DNA of 64,000 nucleotides from an uncultured Eubacteriales bacterium (GTDB taxonomy: Bacteria; Bacillota_I; Bacilli_A; RFN20; CAG-826): positions 786 through 64,785 of the forward strand of contig CAVJSS010000003.1 of NCBI GenBank assembly GCA_963652335.1, written 5' to 3'. This document shows positions 26,447 to 36,143 of this stretch, piece after piece; the first letter of the stretch is position 1, and every line of letters starts with the position of its first letter. The notes under the pieces are model-generated. The model was not told the DNA's origin. It saw only the letters and a list, made by a program, of their open reading frames with translations, and made no database searches. The position numbers and the translations under genes are program-made.

Positions 26447-27556
26447 TTATTTGTTTCCTCCTAAATAATATGAGAAGCATTCTTCGCTTAACGAAACCGA
26501 ATCTAGGTTCCCACCGCTTTTCCCTTTTAAGAATTCGTAGTTGGCTTTCAATACGGCAAGGAATCCGAATTCGATGTCCCTAAGGCACAGCTTTATGTAT
26601 TTGGATGAATCCCAGCCTCTTAGCGGGTCGATCTTATCGGCCGCATAGATGATTTTGGATAATTCATCCATATTGGCTGCCCCTAGGCAATGAACCCGTA
26701 TGGCATTCAATATCTCCTTGTCTTTGATGAAGAATTCATTTTTGGCGATATATGCTCCTACAAATTGATGATAAGCCCATTTGGGGTATTTATCCAAGCC
26801 CTCTAGCATTCTGATGGCTTCTTCATCAGAGATTTCCTTCCCTATGTCATGGAGAATCCCGGCGATATAGGCCCTTCCTGGGTTTGGGAGATTGTTGGAT
26901 AAGGCAATCTGATAGGAAAGCTTGGCGACGCTTAAGGAATGCTTAAGACGTTTGTTGGAAACATAGGCTTTGATTTTGTCTACGTAATACAAGGAATGCC
27001 CGCCGATATAATCCAAAACGCCTATCGGGGCATCGATATGGCTAAGCGATCTTATTTTCGAAGAAGAGACTTCCCCGGCATTGAGATCGCCTAAATAAGT
27101 CATATCGAATTTGGCGATGTTCTCCTCGAGGTTTATATATCCATCGCGGGAAACGAAATAGATCTTGGCCTTCTCCTTAATATAATAAGGCTCATGCCAC
27201 TTATCGAACAATTCGACTTGGTCTCCGCCGATCAATAGGCAAAGATCGTAAAATGGGTATTTCTTTTCGAATTCTTTGATGGTGTCAGAAGTATAGGTTT
27301 CCTTATCTCCCTTCCTATCCATTTCGATCGTGGAGATGCTGAAGCGGGGATCGTTTTCCTCTTTCAAAGCGATTTCTAGCATCGAAAGGCGATCTGAATC
27401 GGAAGTCATCGTCTCTTTCCACCTAGGTTTGGCGGTCGGGATGAAAACGACGTCCGCGTTTAGCCTATTCGACGCTTCTTTGGCGATTTTCAGATGCCCG
27501 TTATGGATGGGGTCGAAAGCCCCGCCGTAAAGAATCAGCCTTTTTCTCATTTTCAT
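26447..27556 (-). CDS. nadD: fusion of nicotinate-nucleotide adenylyltransferase NadD and HD-domain YqeK
   Basis: The N-terminal half has GGAFDPIHNGHL (HxGH) and an SSSKIR-like ISSTxxR motif. The C-terminal half has HSLSV...AGILHDIGKE (HD). In B. subtilis these are two adjacent genes. Confidence 0.9.
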   Translation of the reverse strand: MKMRKRLILYGGAFDPIHNGHLKIAKEASNRLNADVVFIPTAKPRWKETMTSDSDRLSMLEIALKEENDPRFSISTIEMDRKGDKETYTSDTIKEFEKKYPFYDLCLLIGGDQVELFDKWHEPYYIKEKAKIYFVSRDGYINLEENIAKFDMTYLGDLNAGEVSSSKIRSLSHIDAPIGVLDYIGGHSLYYVDKIKAYVSNKRLKHSLSVAKLSYQIALSNNLPNPGRAYIAGILHDIGKEISDEEAIRMLEGLDKYPKWAYHQFVGAYIAKNEFFIKDKEILNAIRVHCLGAANMDELSKIIYAADKIDPLRGWDSSKYIKLCLRDIEFGFLAVLKANYEFLKGKSGGNLDSVSLSEECFSYYLGGNK

Positions 27557-27849
27557 TCCTTTGAAGGCAAAACGATTTTCGGTTCTTTCTCGTTTCTTTT
27601 ATATAACGTTACGATCCTTCCGATCGTCGAGACGCGTGTCGATCCGGTTTTCGAAGCCAAAAGGTCGCCGACTTCGTTTTTGCTGAGTTCGGAATTGCTC
27701 AATATCTTGATTTTGATCAATTCGTGGGCGGTCAAAGACGCGTTTATGGCTTTGATCAGATTTTTATCGATTTCGCCTTTGCCGATATTGATGGAAGGCG
27801 TCAAACCATTGGCTAGGCTTTTAAGATAGGCGATGTTTTTCGGTTTCAT
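27553..27849 (-). CDS. yhbY: CRM-domain RNA-binding protein YhbY/YqeI
   Basis: MKPKNIAYLKSLANGLTPSINIGKGEID. Start at 27849, preceded by GGAGGGA, with an ATGA overlap on the yqeG stop. Confidence 0.9.
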   Translation of the reverse strand: MKPKNIAYLKSLANGLTPSINIGKGEIDKNLIKAINASLTAHELIKIKILSNSELSKNEVGDLLASKTGSTRVSTIGRIVTLYKRNEKEPKIVLPSKE

Positions 27850-28370
27850 TTCATGTCCCTCCATTCGGGAACGGATTTCTCTTCTTTGATTATCTTTCTC
27901 ACTTTGATGTCTTTTTTGCGGTTATGGTAGGTCCAAAAGGTCTCTTTTTCCGAGATTATCTCGCATAAAACGGCTTTGAATCCGGCTTTTTTGGCGCATT
28001 CGATGTCAGTGAACATCTGATCGCCGATAAAGACGACTTCGTTTGGCTCATATCCAAGATTCCTTATGAATTTCGTTATCCTATAAATATGGGGTTTCAT
28101 GGCCAAGCCTAAATACGGGGCGCTTAGATAAGCGGAGAATTTCTTCACCCTGCTTATTATAGCGTTGGAGACGATCGCGACATCCAAACCGGATTCCTTT
28201 AAGGAATTCACCCAATCGATCGCCTCTTTGGGAGGGATTTTGCTTTGGGCTTTGGCTAAGGTGTTGTCCAAATCGCAAAGAATCAATCTGCAATTGAGCT
28301 TTTTAAAGAATTCTGGAGGGATGTCGGTCGGACGGAGACAATGGCAGTCCGGGAGATATTTTATTTTCAT
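27846..28370 (-). CDS. yqeG: YqeG-family HAD-IIIA phosphatase
   Basis: LILCDLDNTL (DxDxT), VSNA, and GDQMFTDI; first gene of the yqeG...rsfS cluster, as in B. subtilis. Confidence 0.9.
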   Translation of the reverse strand: MKIKYLPDCHCLRPTDIPPEFFKKLNCRLILCDLDNTLAKAQSKIPPKEAIDWVNSLKESGLDVAIVSNAIISRVKKFSAYLSAPYLGLAMKPHIYRITKFIRNLGYEPNEVVFIGDQMFTDIECAKKAGFKAVLCEIISEKETFWTYHNRKKDIKVRKIIKEEKSVPEWRDMK

Positions 28371-30979
28371 TGCCCATCCCCCTCATCGAATAAGGAAATC
28401 TGCTCGAAATTGGCTTTGCTGGCTTCTTCAGGTTCCGCGGCTTCGATGATTTCTTCGTTTTCTGTCTTTTCTTCCTTTGGCAATTCGTGCGAAACGAAAT
28501 CGGAAGTTATATAAAGATCGTCGAGTTTGGAAACGGCCACGATCCTGTCTTTGGATTTGAAGCCCGTTGCCATTTTGGCGTATTTCTCGCTGGGAGTCAG
28601 ATAAAAATCCTCGAATTTGGCGTCGTAGTTCTCGTTGTTATTGAGGATGCAAAGAATGGTGTAAGGGGCTTCTTTGTCGCCGACTTTGTCTAGATAAATC
28701 AAGCGATGCTGTTCGGATTTGAACATGTTGTAAACCAATCTTGCCCTATTTAGCCTATTCCCTTTTTCGATCGTTTTCTCCGGATCGATGACCCTTAGAT
28801 GGGCTCTATCGGTCAAAAGCATGACCTTGCCTTTCTCCTCTGGGGCAAAAGCGACCAATCCGGCCATCTCGTCCCCTTTGAAGGAACCGGCCTTGACGCC
28901 GTTCGTCCTAGGGTTGGTCAACGGGATGTCGTTTTCGTTATAGAAAGAGGCATATCCCAAAGAAGACATTATGAAGAGATTCGAATTGCCGGAGGTGACC
29001 GTAATATCCACCAACATGTCATTAGGCGACATCCTTATGATACCTAGGGCCTTGTTATGGCGTTTGGCCATAAGCAAAGATAGTTGAATTCGCTTTATCG
29101 ACCCTTTCTTGGTCAACAAGACGACATAGAGGTCTGATCTGAATTTCCTTAAGGCGAAGGCTTTGATGATCTTTTCTCCCGGCCCCATCGCTATCAATGA
29201 CGATATATGGCCGCCGATGTCATTCCATTTGGCTTCTTTTATTTCGTTTATGGAAAGATAGGAATAATTCCCGGATTCGGTGAAGAAAACGACGTAATCC
29301 TTGGTGGTGGCCAAGCCTTTGAAGACGATCACGTCCGTTGGCTTGGTGCCTGGCAAAACACCGTTATGGCCGCCGGATCCCTTATACGATTTGATGCTGC
29401 AACGTTTGATATAGCCATCTCTGGTGATGACGACATAGCAATCCTCTTTGACGATCAAATCCCTTTGGTCGACCGAAAGATCGCCGATCTCGTCTTCTTT
29501 GATCAGCGTCCTTCTCTCGTCGCCATAGCGTTTCGTTATCTCTTTGAGATCCGAGATGATGACGTTCTCGATAAGAGTTTTGTCCGAAAGGAGGCTATTT
29601 AGATACTCGACTTCCTTGCTAAGCTGATCCCTTTCGTTTTCCAAAATGATGACGTCGGTATGGGAAAGCTTATAAAGGGGCATCATCACGATCGCTTCGG
29701 CTTGAGGCTCGCTAAAACCGAATGCCTGACTGATGTTCTTTTTGGAATCGGCTTTGTCAACGGATTTTTTGATTATCTCCACCACTTCGTTAAGGATGGA
29801 AACGGCTTTGATCAAGCCTAAGACTATTTCAAGCCTCGCTTTGTCTTTTTTTAGAAGATAGCGGCTTCTTCTGCTTATGACGTCCAATTGATGGGAAATG
29901 TAGCAATCGGCATAGCTGCAAAGATCCATCAATTTCGGCCTTTGGTCGACTATGGCCACCATGTTGGCGGAATAAGACGTCATGAGGTTCGTTTTGCTCA
30001 TCAAGAATTTGAGGATGGCCTCTGGCTTGGCGTCTTTCCTCAAATCGATGGCGATGCGGAGGCCGCTTTTGTCTGTCTCATCCCTTACTTCTTCGATCCC
30101 AACGACGGCCTTATCGTGTCTTAGTTTGTCGATTTGGCCAACCAATTGGGCTTTATTTACCCCGTAAGGGATTTCCGAAACGATTATCTGGGTCAGTCCG
30201 TCTTCTTCGACGATTTCGGCTTTGGACATGATGGAGATCCTTCCTTTGCCTGTCTCATACATCTGCTTTAGGCCTTCCGAAGCATGGATTATGCCTCCGG
30301 TAGGGAAATCCGGTCCTGGGACGTATTCCATCAAATCGGAAACGGAACATTTAGGATGCCTGATCCGGTAGATAATGGCTTGGGAGATCTCTTTGAGGTT
30401 ATGTGGCGGTATCTCGGTCGCCAATCCAACCGCTATTCCGGAACTGCCGTTGGCGAACAAATTGGGGAATCTGGCTGGCAAAACGCCTGGTTCCAAGGAA
30501 GAATCGTCGTATGTCAAAGCCATATCGACCGTATCCATTTCGATATCGCGGACCAATTCGTTGCTTATCGCCGATAGCCTGGCTTCCGTATAACGTGGGG
30601 CGGCTGGATCGTCTCCATCCATCGAGCCGTTGTTGCCTTGGAATTGGACCAAAGGGTAACGGAGCCGCCAATCTTGGCTAAGGTGGGCCAAAGCGTCATA
30701 GATGGAAGCGTCGCCGTGAGGATGGTATTTGCCCATGACGTCGCCGACGATATGGGCGCTTTTCTTGGTTGGGTGATCGAAAGTGTTATTGGTATCCCAC
30801 ATGTCATAGACTATGCGGCGTTGGACTGGCTTAAGGCCATCTCTGGCATCCGGTATGGCGCGTTCTTGGATGACGTCCTTGGCGTAAATCCCGAATCTGT
30901 CGCCCATCAATTCGTCCAAGGATGAATCAAGGATATCTTCGATGACGTTTTCTTCGATCGTCTGTTTCTTTTTCGCCAT
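28367..30979 (-). CDS. parC: DNA topoisomerase IV subunit A
   Basis: MGDRFGIYAKDVIQERAIPDARDGLKPVQRRIVY, the active-site AAPRYTEARLS, and GNNGSMDGD. These ParC-type signatures resemble Bacillota ParC more than GyrA. It is coupled downstream of parE. Confidence 0.88.
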   Translation of the reverse strand: MAKKKQTIEENVIEDILDSSLDELMGDRFGIYAKDVIQERAIPDARDGLKPVQRRIVYDMWDTNNTFDHPTKKSAHIVGDVMGKYHPHGDASIYDALAHLSQDWRLRYPLVQFQGNNGSMDGDDPAAPRYTEARLSAISNELVRDIEMDTVDMALTYDDSSLEPGVLPARFPNLFANGSSGIAVGLATEIPPHNLKEISQAIIYRIRHPKCSVSDLMEYVPGPDFPTGGIIHASEGLKQMYETGKGRISIMSKAEIVEEDGLTQIIVSEIPYGVNKAQLVGQIDKLRHDKAVVGIEEVRDETDKSGLRIAIDLRKDAKPEAILKFLMSKTNLMTSYSANMVAIVDQRPKLMDLCSYADCYISHQLDVISRRSRYLLKKDKARLEIVLGLIKAVSILNEVVEIIKKSVDKADSKKNISQAFGFSEPQAEAIVMMPLYKLSHTDVIILENERDQLSKEVEYLNSLLSDKTLIENVIISDLKEITKRYGDERRTLIKEDEIGDLSVDQRDLIVKEDCYVVITRDGYIKRCSIKSYKGSGGHNGVLPGTKPTDVIVFKGLATTKDYVVFFTESGNYSYLSINEIKEAKWNDIGGHISSLIAMGPGEKIIKAFALRKFRSDLYVVLLTKKGSIKRIQLSLLMAKRHNKALGIIRMSPNDMLVDITVTSGNSNLFIMSSLGYASFYNENDIPLTNPRTNGVKAGSFKGDEMAGLVAFAPEEKGKVMLLTDRAHLRVIDPEKTIEKGNRLNRARLVYNMFKSEQHRLIYLDKVGDKEAPYTILCILNNNENYDAKFEDFYLTPSEKYAKMATGFKSKDRIVAVSKLDDLYITSDFVSHELPKEEKTENEEIIEAAEPEEASKANFEQISLFDEGDGQ

Positions 30980-32970
30980 TACTTAACCCCCTTTACTTCC
31001 TTTATGAACGAATCTTCTTCGTTGAAGACTATGTTTTCTTCGATCCATGAACGGCGCAAAGAAGGATCCTTGCCCATTAGGATCGAGATTCTCTTTTCGA
31101 CTACCAAAGGGTCTTGGATATCAACCCTTAATAGCCTTCTGGTTTTCTTGTTCATCGTCGTCGAGGCCAATTGGTCGGCGTTCATTTCGCCTAAGCCCTT
31201 GTAGCGGTTTATGCCATAACCGGCCCCGATTTGAGCTTTGGCTTCATCGAGCTTGTTGTCATCCCAAACGTAGACGAATTTCTTTGGGTCGGATTTCTTA
31301 TAGACGCGATAAAGAGGCGGGCAGGCGATATAAACCATCCCGTTATCGATAAGGGGCTTCATGTAATTGTAAAAGAAAGTCAAAAGCAACGTTTGGATGT
31401 GGGCACCATCGACGTCAGCATCGGTCATGATGATGATTTTCCCGTATTTCGATTCGTTGACATCGAAGTTTTGACCGACTCCGGCGCCTATGGTTTGGAT
31501 CAAGGTCGCGAATTCGACGTTGGCTAACATCCTTTCCATCGTGACCGAATCGGTGTTAAGCGGCTTACCCCTTAAAGGCAAAATGGCTTGATGAAGCCTA
31601 TCCCTGCCGTTTTTGGCCGAGCCTCCTGCCGAATTGCCTTCGACGATGAAGAGCTCGTTGTTTTTGTAATCCTTGGATTGGGCCGAGGCCAATTTATCCG
31701 AGATGACGACGTCGTTTTGCTTCTTTTTGTTGCCGCGGGCTTCTTCCCTGGCTCTCCTTGCAGCGTCCCTGGCGTTTTTGGATGCTTGGCATTTTTTTAT
31801 GAGGTCCAAGCCGAAATCCTTATGTTCCATAAGGTAATAGGTGAAATGCTCGGTGATGAATTGCGAACAGGCCGGCAAGGCGGCTGGCGTTCCCAATTTC
31901 CCTTTGGTTTGGCCTTCGTATTCGGTTAGCGATTCCGGCATTTTGATCGATAAAACGCAGGTCAGTCCTTCTCTTAGGTCGGTCCCGTCTATCCTTTGGT
32001 TTTCTTTGATTAAGCCGTTTTCGATTCCCCAATCGTTCAAAGCTTTGGTAAGCCCCATTTTCAATCCGTCTTCATGGGTTCCGCCGCCGGCGGTCCTGAC
32101 GCTGTTTGCATAGCTTAGGATATGCTCGTTGTAATCCTGGGAGCACCATTGAAGGGCGCATTCGATCCTGATTTGCGAATTATTGTCGGTGAAATCGATG
32201 ATATCGCTTAATGGGTTCTTGTTTTGGTTAAGGGTCGCAACGTATTCCCTTAAGCCGTTTTCGTAATAGAATTCGTGAGATAGCGAAGTGCGTTCGTCTT
32301 TGAGGATGAAATGGACTTTCTTGGCCAAAAAAGAGGATTCTTGGAGATGATTATAGATTGTATCCCACTTGAATTCCGTGGTCGTGAAAATGGAAGGATC
32401 TGGCTTAAAACGGACGCTGGAGCCGTGTTTATTGGTTTTCCCTACGATTTCCAAAGGCGTTTTCAAAGTTCCGCCGTTGACGAAAGAGATCCTATAGATC
32501 GATCCGTTGCGGTAAACGGTGACTTCAAGCCATTCTGATAAGGCGTTGGTGACAGTCGCGCCCATCCCGTGAAGTCCGGCCGAAGTCGAATAGGATTTCG
32601 AATTGAATTTGCCGCCGGCATGAAGGGCGGTGAAAATAAGCTGGACGGCCGGAATCCCGGTTTGCTGATGTAGATCGATCGGCAATCCTCGTCCTTCGTC
32701 GTCCACCTGAACGGATCCGTCTTTGTGGATCGTCACGGTTATTTTGTTCCCATAGCCGTTTACGGCTTCGTCGATGGAGTTGTCGACTATTTCCCAAACC
32801 AAATGATGGAGGCCAGTGCTATTGGTCGAGCCAATGTAGACGCCGGGACGTTTCCTGATTCCTTCTAGTTCGCTTAAAACTTCGATGTTATCGGCGGTAT
32901 ATCCTTGCGCAGCTTTCAAGACATCCCTTTCGGTTTGGGCCATATTGTTGTTGTCTAGTTCGTTGCTCAT
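30979..32970 (-). CDS. parE: DNA topoisomerase IV subunit B
   Basis: GHKL ATPase (GLHHLVWEIVDNSIDE), TOPRIM (EGNSAGGSA, IMTDADVDGAHI), and PLYR. The assignment to ParE rather than GyrB rests on pairing with the ParC-like partner. Confidence 0.85.
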   Translation of the reverse strand: MSNELDNNNMAQTERDVLKAAQGYTADNIEVLSELEGIRKRPGVYIGSTNSTGLHHLVWEIVDNSIDEAVNGYGNKITVTIHKDGSVQVDDEGRGLPIDLHQQTGIPAVQLIFTALHAGGKFNSKSYSTSAGLHGMGATVTNALSEWLEVTVYRNGSIYRISFVNGGTLKTPLEIVGKTNKHGSSVRFKPDPSIFTTTEFKWDTIYNHLQESSFLAKKVHFILKDERTSLSHEFYYENGLREYVATLNQNKNPLSDIIDFTDNNSQIRIECALQWCSQDYNEHILSYANSVRTAGGGTHEDGLKMGLTKALNDWGIENGLIKENQRIDGTDLREGLTCVLSIKMPESLTEYEGQTKGKLGTPAALPACSQFITEHFTYYLMEHKDFGLDLIKKCQASKNARDAARRAREEARGNKKKQNDVVISDKLASAQSKDYKNNELFIVEGNSAGGSAKNGRDRLHQAILPLRGKPLNTDSVTMERMLANVEFATLIQTIGAGVGQNFDVNESKYGKIIIMTDADVDGAHIQTLLLTFFYNYMKPLIDNGMVYIACPPLYRVYKKSDPKKFVYVWDDNKLDEAKAQIGAGYGINRYKGLGEMNADQLASTTMNKKTRRLLRVDIQDPLVVEKRISILMGKDPSLRRSWIEENIVFNEEDSFIKEVKGVK

Positions 32971-32976
32971 GGGATT

Positions 32977-32985
32977 ATTATTACA
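32977..32985 (-). promoter_or_regulatory. extended -10 (TGTAATAAT) positioned for leaderless parE mRNA
   Basis: The - strand reads TATTATGTAATAATAATCCC-ATG. TGT-AATAAT is followed by 6 nt and then the ATG at 32970. No SD. Confidence 0.4.
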
Positions 32986-33017
32986 TAATAAAGCCTCGAA
33001 AACAAAATTTTTTAAGG

Positions 33018-33050
33018 ATTCATCGGATGAATATTCACCTTAAAAGGTGA
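33018..33050. promoter_or_regulatory. two adjacent short-loop palindromes upstream of parE (candidate operator sites)
   Basis: ATTCATC-G-GATGAAT (33018-33032) and TCACCTT-AA-AAGGTGA (33035-33050). The loops are too short for RNA hairpins. They lie 48-80 nt upstream of the parE ATG. Confidence 0.4.
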
Positions 33051-33162
33051 AAACAACCTTTTCCGCAATCGGATGCCAAAGTGGTCGACATTAATGTTTT
33101 TTAGTAGTTTTCTAGTAAGATTATCGCATATGTATATATCTAAAGATATATAAAGTTGATGA

Positions 33163-33193
33163 GAAAAAAGAGGCGTGATGTTTTCGCCTCTTT
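33163..33193 (-). terminator. rho-independent terminator after yneF
   Basis: On the - strand: AAGAGGCG-9 nt loop-CGCCTCTT followed by a TTTTTTCT run. Confidence 0.75.
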
Positions 33194-33210
33194 CGTTTTC
33201 GTTGTTTTCC

Positions 33211-33453
33211 CTACATTTGGGAGTTCATGTTCTTCATGATGGCGCGGATGTCGGATTCCTTTGGTTTCCTTCCCATCTGGGCATACATCATGCGGATCAT
33301 CTTCTCGTTGATCGGAGGATTCTTCTTAAGTTGGGATTTGAATAAGGCTTTGGCTCCGAAGAAGCCGGCGATCAAGCCAACTACCAAGAAGGCGATGGCG
33401 ATGCCGAACCAACGGCCGTCCCATCCGAATTCGGTTGTCGCTAAAAGATTCAT
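33211..33453 (-). CDS. yneF: UPF0154 membrane protein YneF
   Basis: One TM helix followed by LKKNPPINEKMIRMMYAQMGRKP, the hallmark of the YneF family. Confidence 0.88.
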   Translation of the reverse strand: MNLLATTEFGWDGRWFGIAIAFLVVGLIAGFFGAKALFKSQLKKNPPINEKMIRMMYAQMGRKPKESDIRAIMKNMNSQM

Positions 33454-33458
33454 CTAAA

Positions 33459-34016
33459 TTAAGCCCTTCCGTCGTATTTTCCGGTTGAAGTATCGACTAA
33501 GATCTTATCTCCTTCATTGATGAAGAGGGGGACTTTGATGACCATTCCAGTCTCAAGGGTGGCGTCTTTGGATCCGCCGTTGGAAATGGTGTCTCCGCGT
33601 ACTCCTGGCTCAGTCTCGGTGACGGTCATCGCGACTTTGGCTGGGAGGATGATGCCGATCAATTCGCCTTCGAAGGTATTGATCATGACTTCGAGGTTAG
33701 GAACGAGGTATTTGGCTTCGTTCTCCAAAAGGGCGTGTGGGATTTCCATTTGCTCATAGGTCTTTGGATCCATGAAGCAATAAGTGATGCCGGAATCATA
33801 GAGATATTGTGAAGCAGCTTTGTCCAAGCGGGCTTCGGTTACATCGTAACCGGAGTTGCGGGCCAATTCGGTGATGGCGCCGGTTCTGACGTTTTGGACT
33901 TTGACTTTCGCGACCATCTTTCTCATCGCGGTCTTGTTAAGAAGGATATCGATGCAGCGATAAAGGACGCCTTCATCGATGAAATAGTTTCCTGGGCGTA
34001 ATTCAGTGACGTTCAT
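33459..34016 (-). CDS. efp: elongation factor P
   Basis: ELRPGNYF...VKVQNVRTG; three OB-like domains; 185 aa. Confidence 0.96.
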   Translation of the reverse strand: MNVTELRPGNYFIDEGVLYRCIDILLNKTAMRKMVAKVKVQNVRTGAITELARNSGYDVTEARLDKAASQYLYDSGITYCFMDPKTYEQMEIPHALLENEAKYLVPNLEVMINTFEGELIGIILPAKVAMTVTETEPGVRGDTISNGGSKDATLETGMVIKVPLFINEGDKILVDTSTGKYDGRA

Positions 34017-34095
34017 TGTTTTGATTCTCCATTAATTAAGCAAAAAGCAATAGTATTCTACATTCATTTCTTTCTTAAGAAAAGTGCGTTGTTTC

Positions 34096-34707
34096 CTAAG
34101 ATAAGTACGGATTGAGCCTTTTTTCGGTTCCGATATCCGAACTTGACTCATGTCCAGGATAGATTTTGGTCTCATCCGGGAGCTTTCTAAGCTTGGATAA
34201 TGACGATCCCATCTGTTTTATGTTCCCACCGGGCAAATCGCTTCTGCCTACGGATAGATGAAACAAGGTATCTCCGGTGAAGAGAACCTTTTCCTTTTCG
34301 AAATAGAAGCAGACGCTTCCTGGGGTATGGAACGGGGTGTGGATCGTTTTTATCCGATATCCGCCGATATTTATCGTTTCGTTGTCTCCCAAAAGATGGG
34401 CCTCATAGCCTTCGATCTTCAATCCTTTAAGCAGATTGTATCGATCATCCGTGAGATATCCGACATCGGCTTCATGAATGAAAACGGGAGCTTTATGGGT
34501 CAAGCTGGCAAGTCCGTATATGTGGTCGTAATGGCCATGGGTCAAAAGATAAGCCAAAACGGTTCCGCCATGGTGCTTATCGATATAGCGGTCCAAGCAA
34601 TGGTTTTCGTTGCTGCCTGGATCTATCACCAAACAAGGCTCGCCTTCTTCCCCCACTATGTATGTATTGGCGAAATACATCGATTCGAATGGCTTGCTTA
34701 TTTTCAT
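34096..34707 (-). CDS. MBL-fold metallo-hydrolase (glyoxalase II-like)
   Basis: The THGHYDH motif, later His/Asp ligands (HTPGS, GDTLF, PGHE); 203 aa. Confidence 0.85.
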   Translation of the reverse strand: MKISKPFESMYFANTYIVGEEGEPCLVIDPGSNENHCLDRYIDKHHGGTVLAYLLTHGHYDHIYGLASLTHKAPVFIHEADVGYLTDDRYNLLKGLKIEGYEAHLLGDNETINIGGYRIKTIHTPFHTPGSVCFYFEKEKVLFTGDTLFHLSVGRSDLPGGNIKQMGSSLSKLRKLPDETKIYPGHESSSDIGTEKRLNPYLS

Positions 34708-34743
34708 GCTAATACCCTAAAACAAAAATAAGACCAAGAGGCC

Positions 34744-34914
34744 TTATTTGAGTTTCTTGATTTCTTTATGAACCGTCATCTTGCGGCAACGGCTGCAGAA
34801 CTTCTTGATTTCCATTTTGTCTGGATGGGTTCTCTTGTTGCGAGTGCCAAGATAGTTATGTTCGCCGCATTCGCTGCAAGCGAGGATGATTTCATCGCGT
34901 TTACTGGTTGCCAT
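34744..34914 (-). CDS. rpmG: 50S ribosomal protein L33
   Basis: Not in the ORF track (56 aa). The - strand translation is [56 protein letters not shown], with the zinc-ribbon CxxC...CxxC pattern of L33. Confidence 0.9.
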   Translation of the reverse strand: MATSKRDEIILACSECGEHNYLGTRNKRTHPDKMEIKKFCSRCRKMTVHKEIKKLK

Positions 34915-35001
34915 AGTTAATCACTTCTTTCTTTGAGCGTTGCTACTTTATCATAACGAAATGACTTTATCTAGATTTTCTTTATTTTGCTAAGGCAATA
35001 G

Positions 35002-36108
35002 ATGCCACAAAATGATGAAAATGCTAGGAAAGATAGATTCTTTCGTTCAAAATTAGTCAGCATGAAAAGAGAAAACACCAAAAAAATCAAGCTAGGGAAC
35101 ATCCAAATCGGAGGGCAAAACAAAGTCCTTATCCAAAGCATGTGTTCGATTAAGACCGAAAGGGTCGATGAGATCGTTTCGGAAATAAGCGAATGCGTTG
35201 CATTGGGAGCCGACATCATGCGGGTTTCCGTGATGGATGAGGAAGATGCTTTGGCTTTGAAAGAGATAATGCCTCGCATCTCTTGTCCGTTGGTTGCGGA
35301 TATCCATTTCGATCCGAGATTGGCTTTGCTTTCGCTAGATAGCGGCGTTTCGGCCATAAGGCTTAACCCCGGCAACATCAAAAAGAAGGAAGACATAGTC
35401 AAGATCGCTTCCGAATGCAAAGAGAGGGGCATCCCTATAAGGATCGGGGTCAACGCCGGCTCATTGGATGAAACGGCAGAAGGTTCGACTTTGGCCGAAA
35501 AATTGGTCAGCTCCGCCAAAAAGGAAGCCAAAATCCTAGAAGACATCGGCTTTTATGACATCGTTATCTCTTTGAAGGCATCTTCGGTCAAGGATACGAT
35601 AGAAGCTTACGAAATGGCTGCCGAAGAATTCGGTTATCCATTGCATTTGGGTTTGACCGAAGCTGGACCGAAGGATATTGGGTTAATAAGGAGCGCGGCC
35701 GCTTTGTCCCCGCTTCTCCTAGAAGGGATAGGAGACACGATCCGGATCTCTTTGAGCGATTCTCCGGAAGAGGAGATAAAAGCCGCCAAAAGGCTTCTTA
35801 TCGATTTGGGGCTCGCTTGGGGCCCCCGGTTGATATCTTGCCCAACATGTGGGCGGACCCAAGTCGATTTGCTTCCGTTAGCGAAGATCGTCCAAGAATA
35901 CCTGGAAGGCAATCCGATAGACAAGACGATCGCCATAATGGGCTGCCCGGTCAATGGGATTAAGGAAGCCAAGGACGCCGATATTGGGGTAGCTGGGGCG
36001 AAAGACAGCTGGACTTTATTTGAAAAAGGCAAGCCAATAAGAACAATACCAAATAACGAGATCGTTGAACAATTCTTAAAAGAATTGGAATTACTGAAAA
36101 ACGACTAA
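35002..36108 (+). CDS. ispG: 4-hydroxy-3-methylbut-2-enyl diphosphate synthase (MEP pathway)
   Basis: IQIGGQNKVLIQSM, RINPGN, and SCPTCGRTQVDL cluster ligands. A possible alternative start is at 35062. Confidence 0.93.
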   Translation: MPQNDENARKDRFFRSKLVSMKRENTKKIKLGNIQIGGQNKVLIQSMCSIKTERVDEIVSEISECVALGADIMRVSVMDEEDALALKEIMPRISCPLVADIHFDPRLALLSLDSGVSAIRLNPGNIKKKEDIVKIASECKERGIPIRIGVNAGSLDETAEGSTLAEKLVSSAKKEAKILEDIGFYDIVISLKASSVKDTIEAYEMAAEEFGYPLHLGLTEAGPKDIGLIRSAAALSPLLLEGIGDTIRISLSDSPEEEIKAAKRLLIDLGLAWGPRLISCPTCGRTQVDLLPLAKIVQEYLEGNPIDKTIAIMGCPVNGIKEAKDADIGVAGAKDSWTLFEKGKPIRTIPNNEIVEQFLKELELLKND

Positions 36109-36111
36109 AAT

Positions 36112-36138
36112 AAAACGCGGTCATTCGGATCGCGTTTT
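36112..36138. terminator. bidirectional terminator between convergent ispG and helicase genes
   Basis: AAAACGCG-11 nt loop-CGCGTTTT, with A/T runs on both sides. Confidence 0.7.
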
Positions 36139-36143
36139 TCTTG

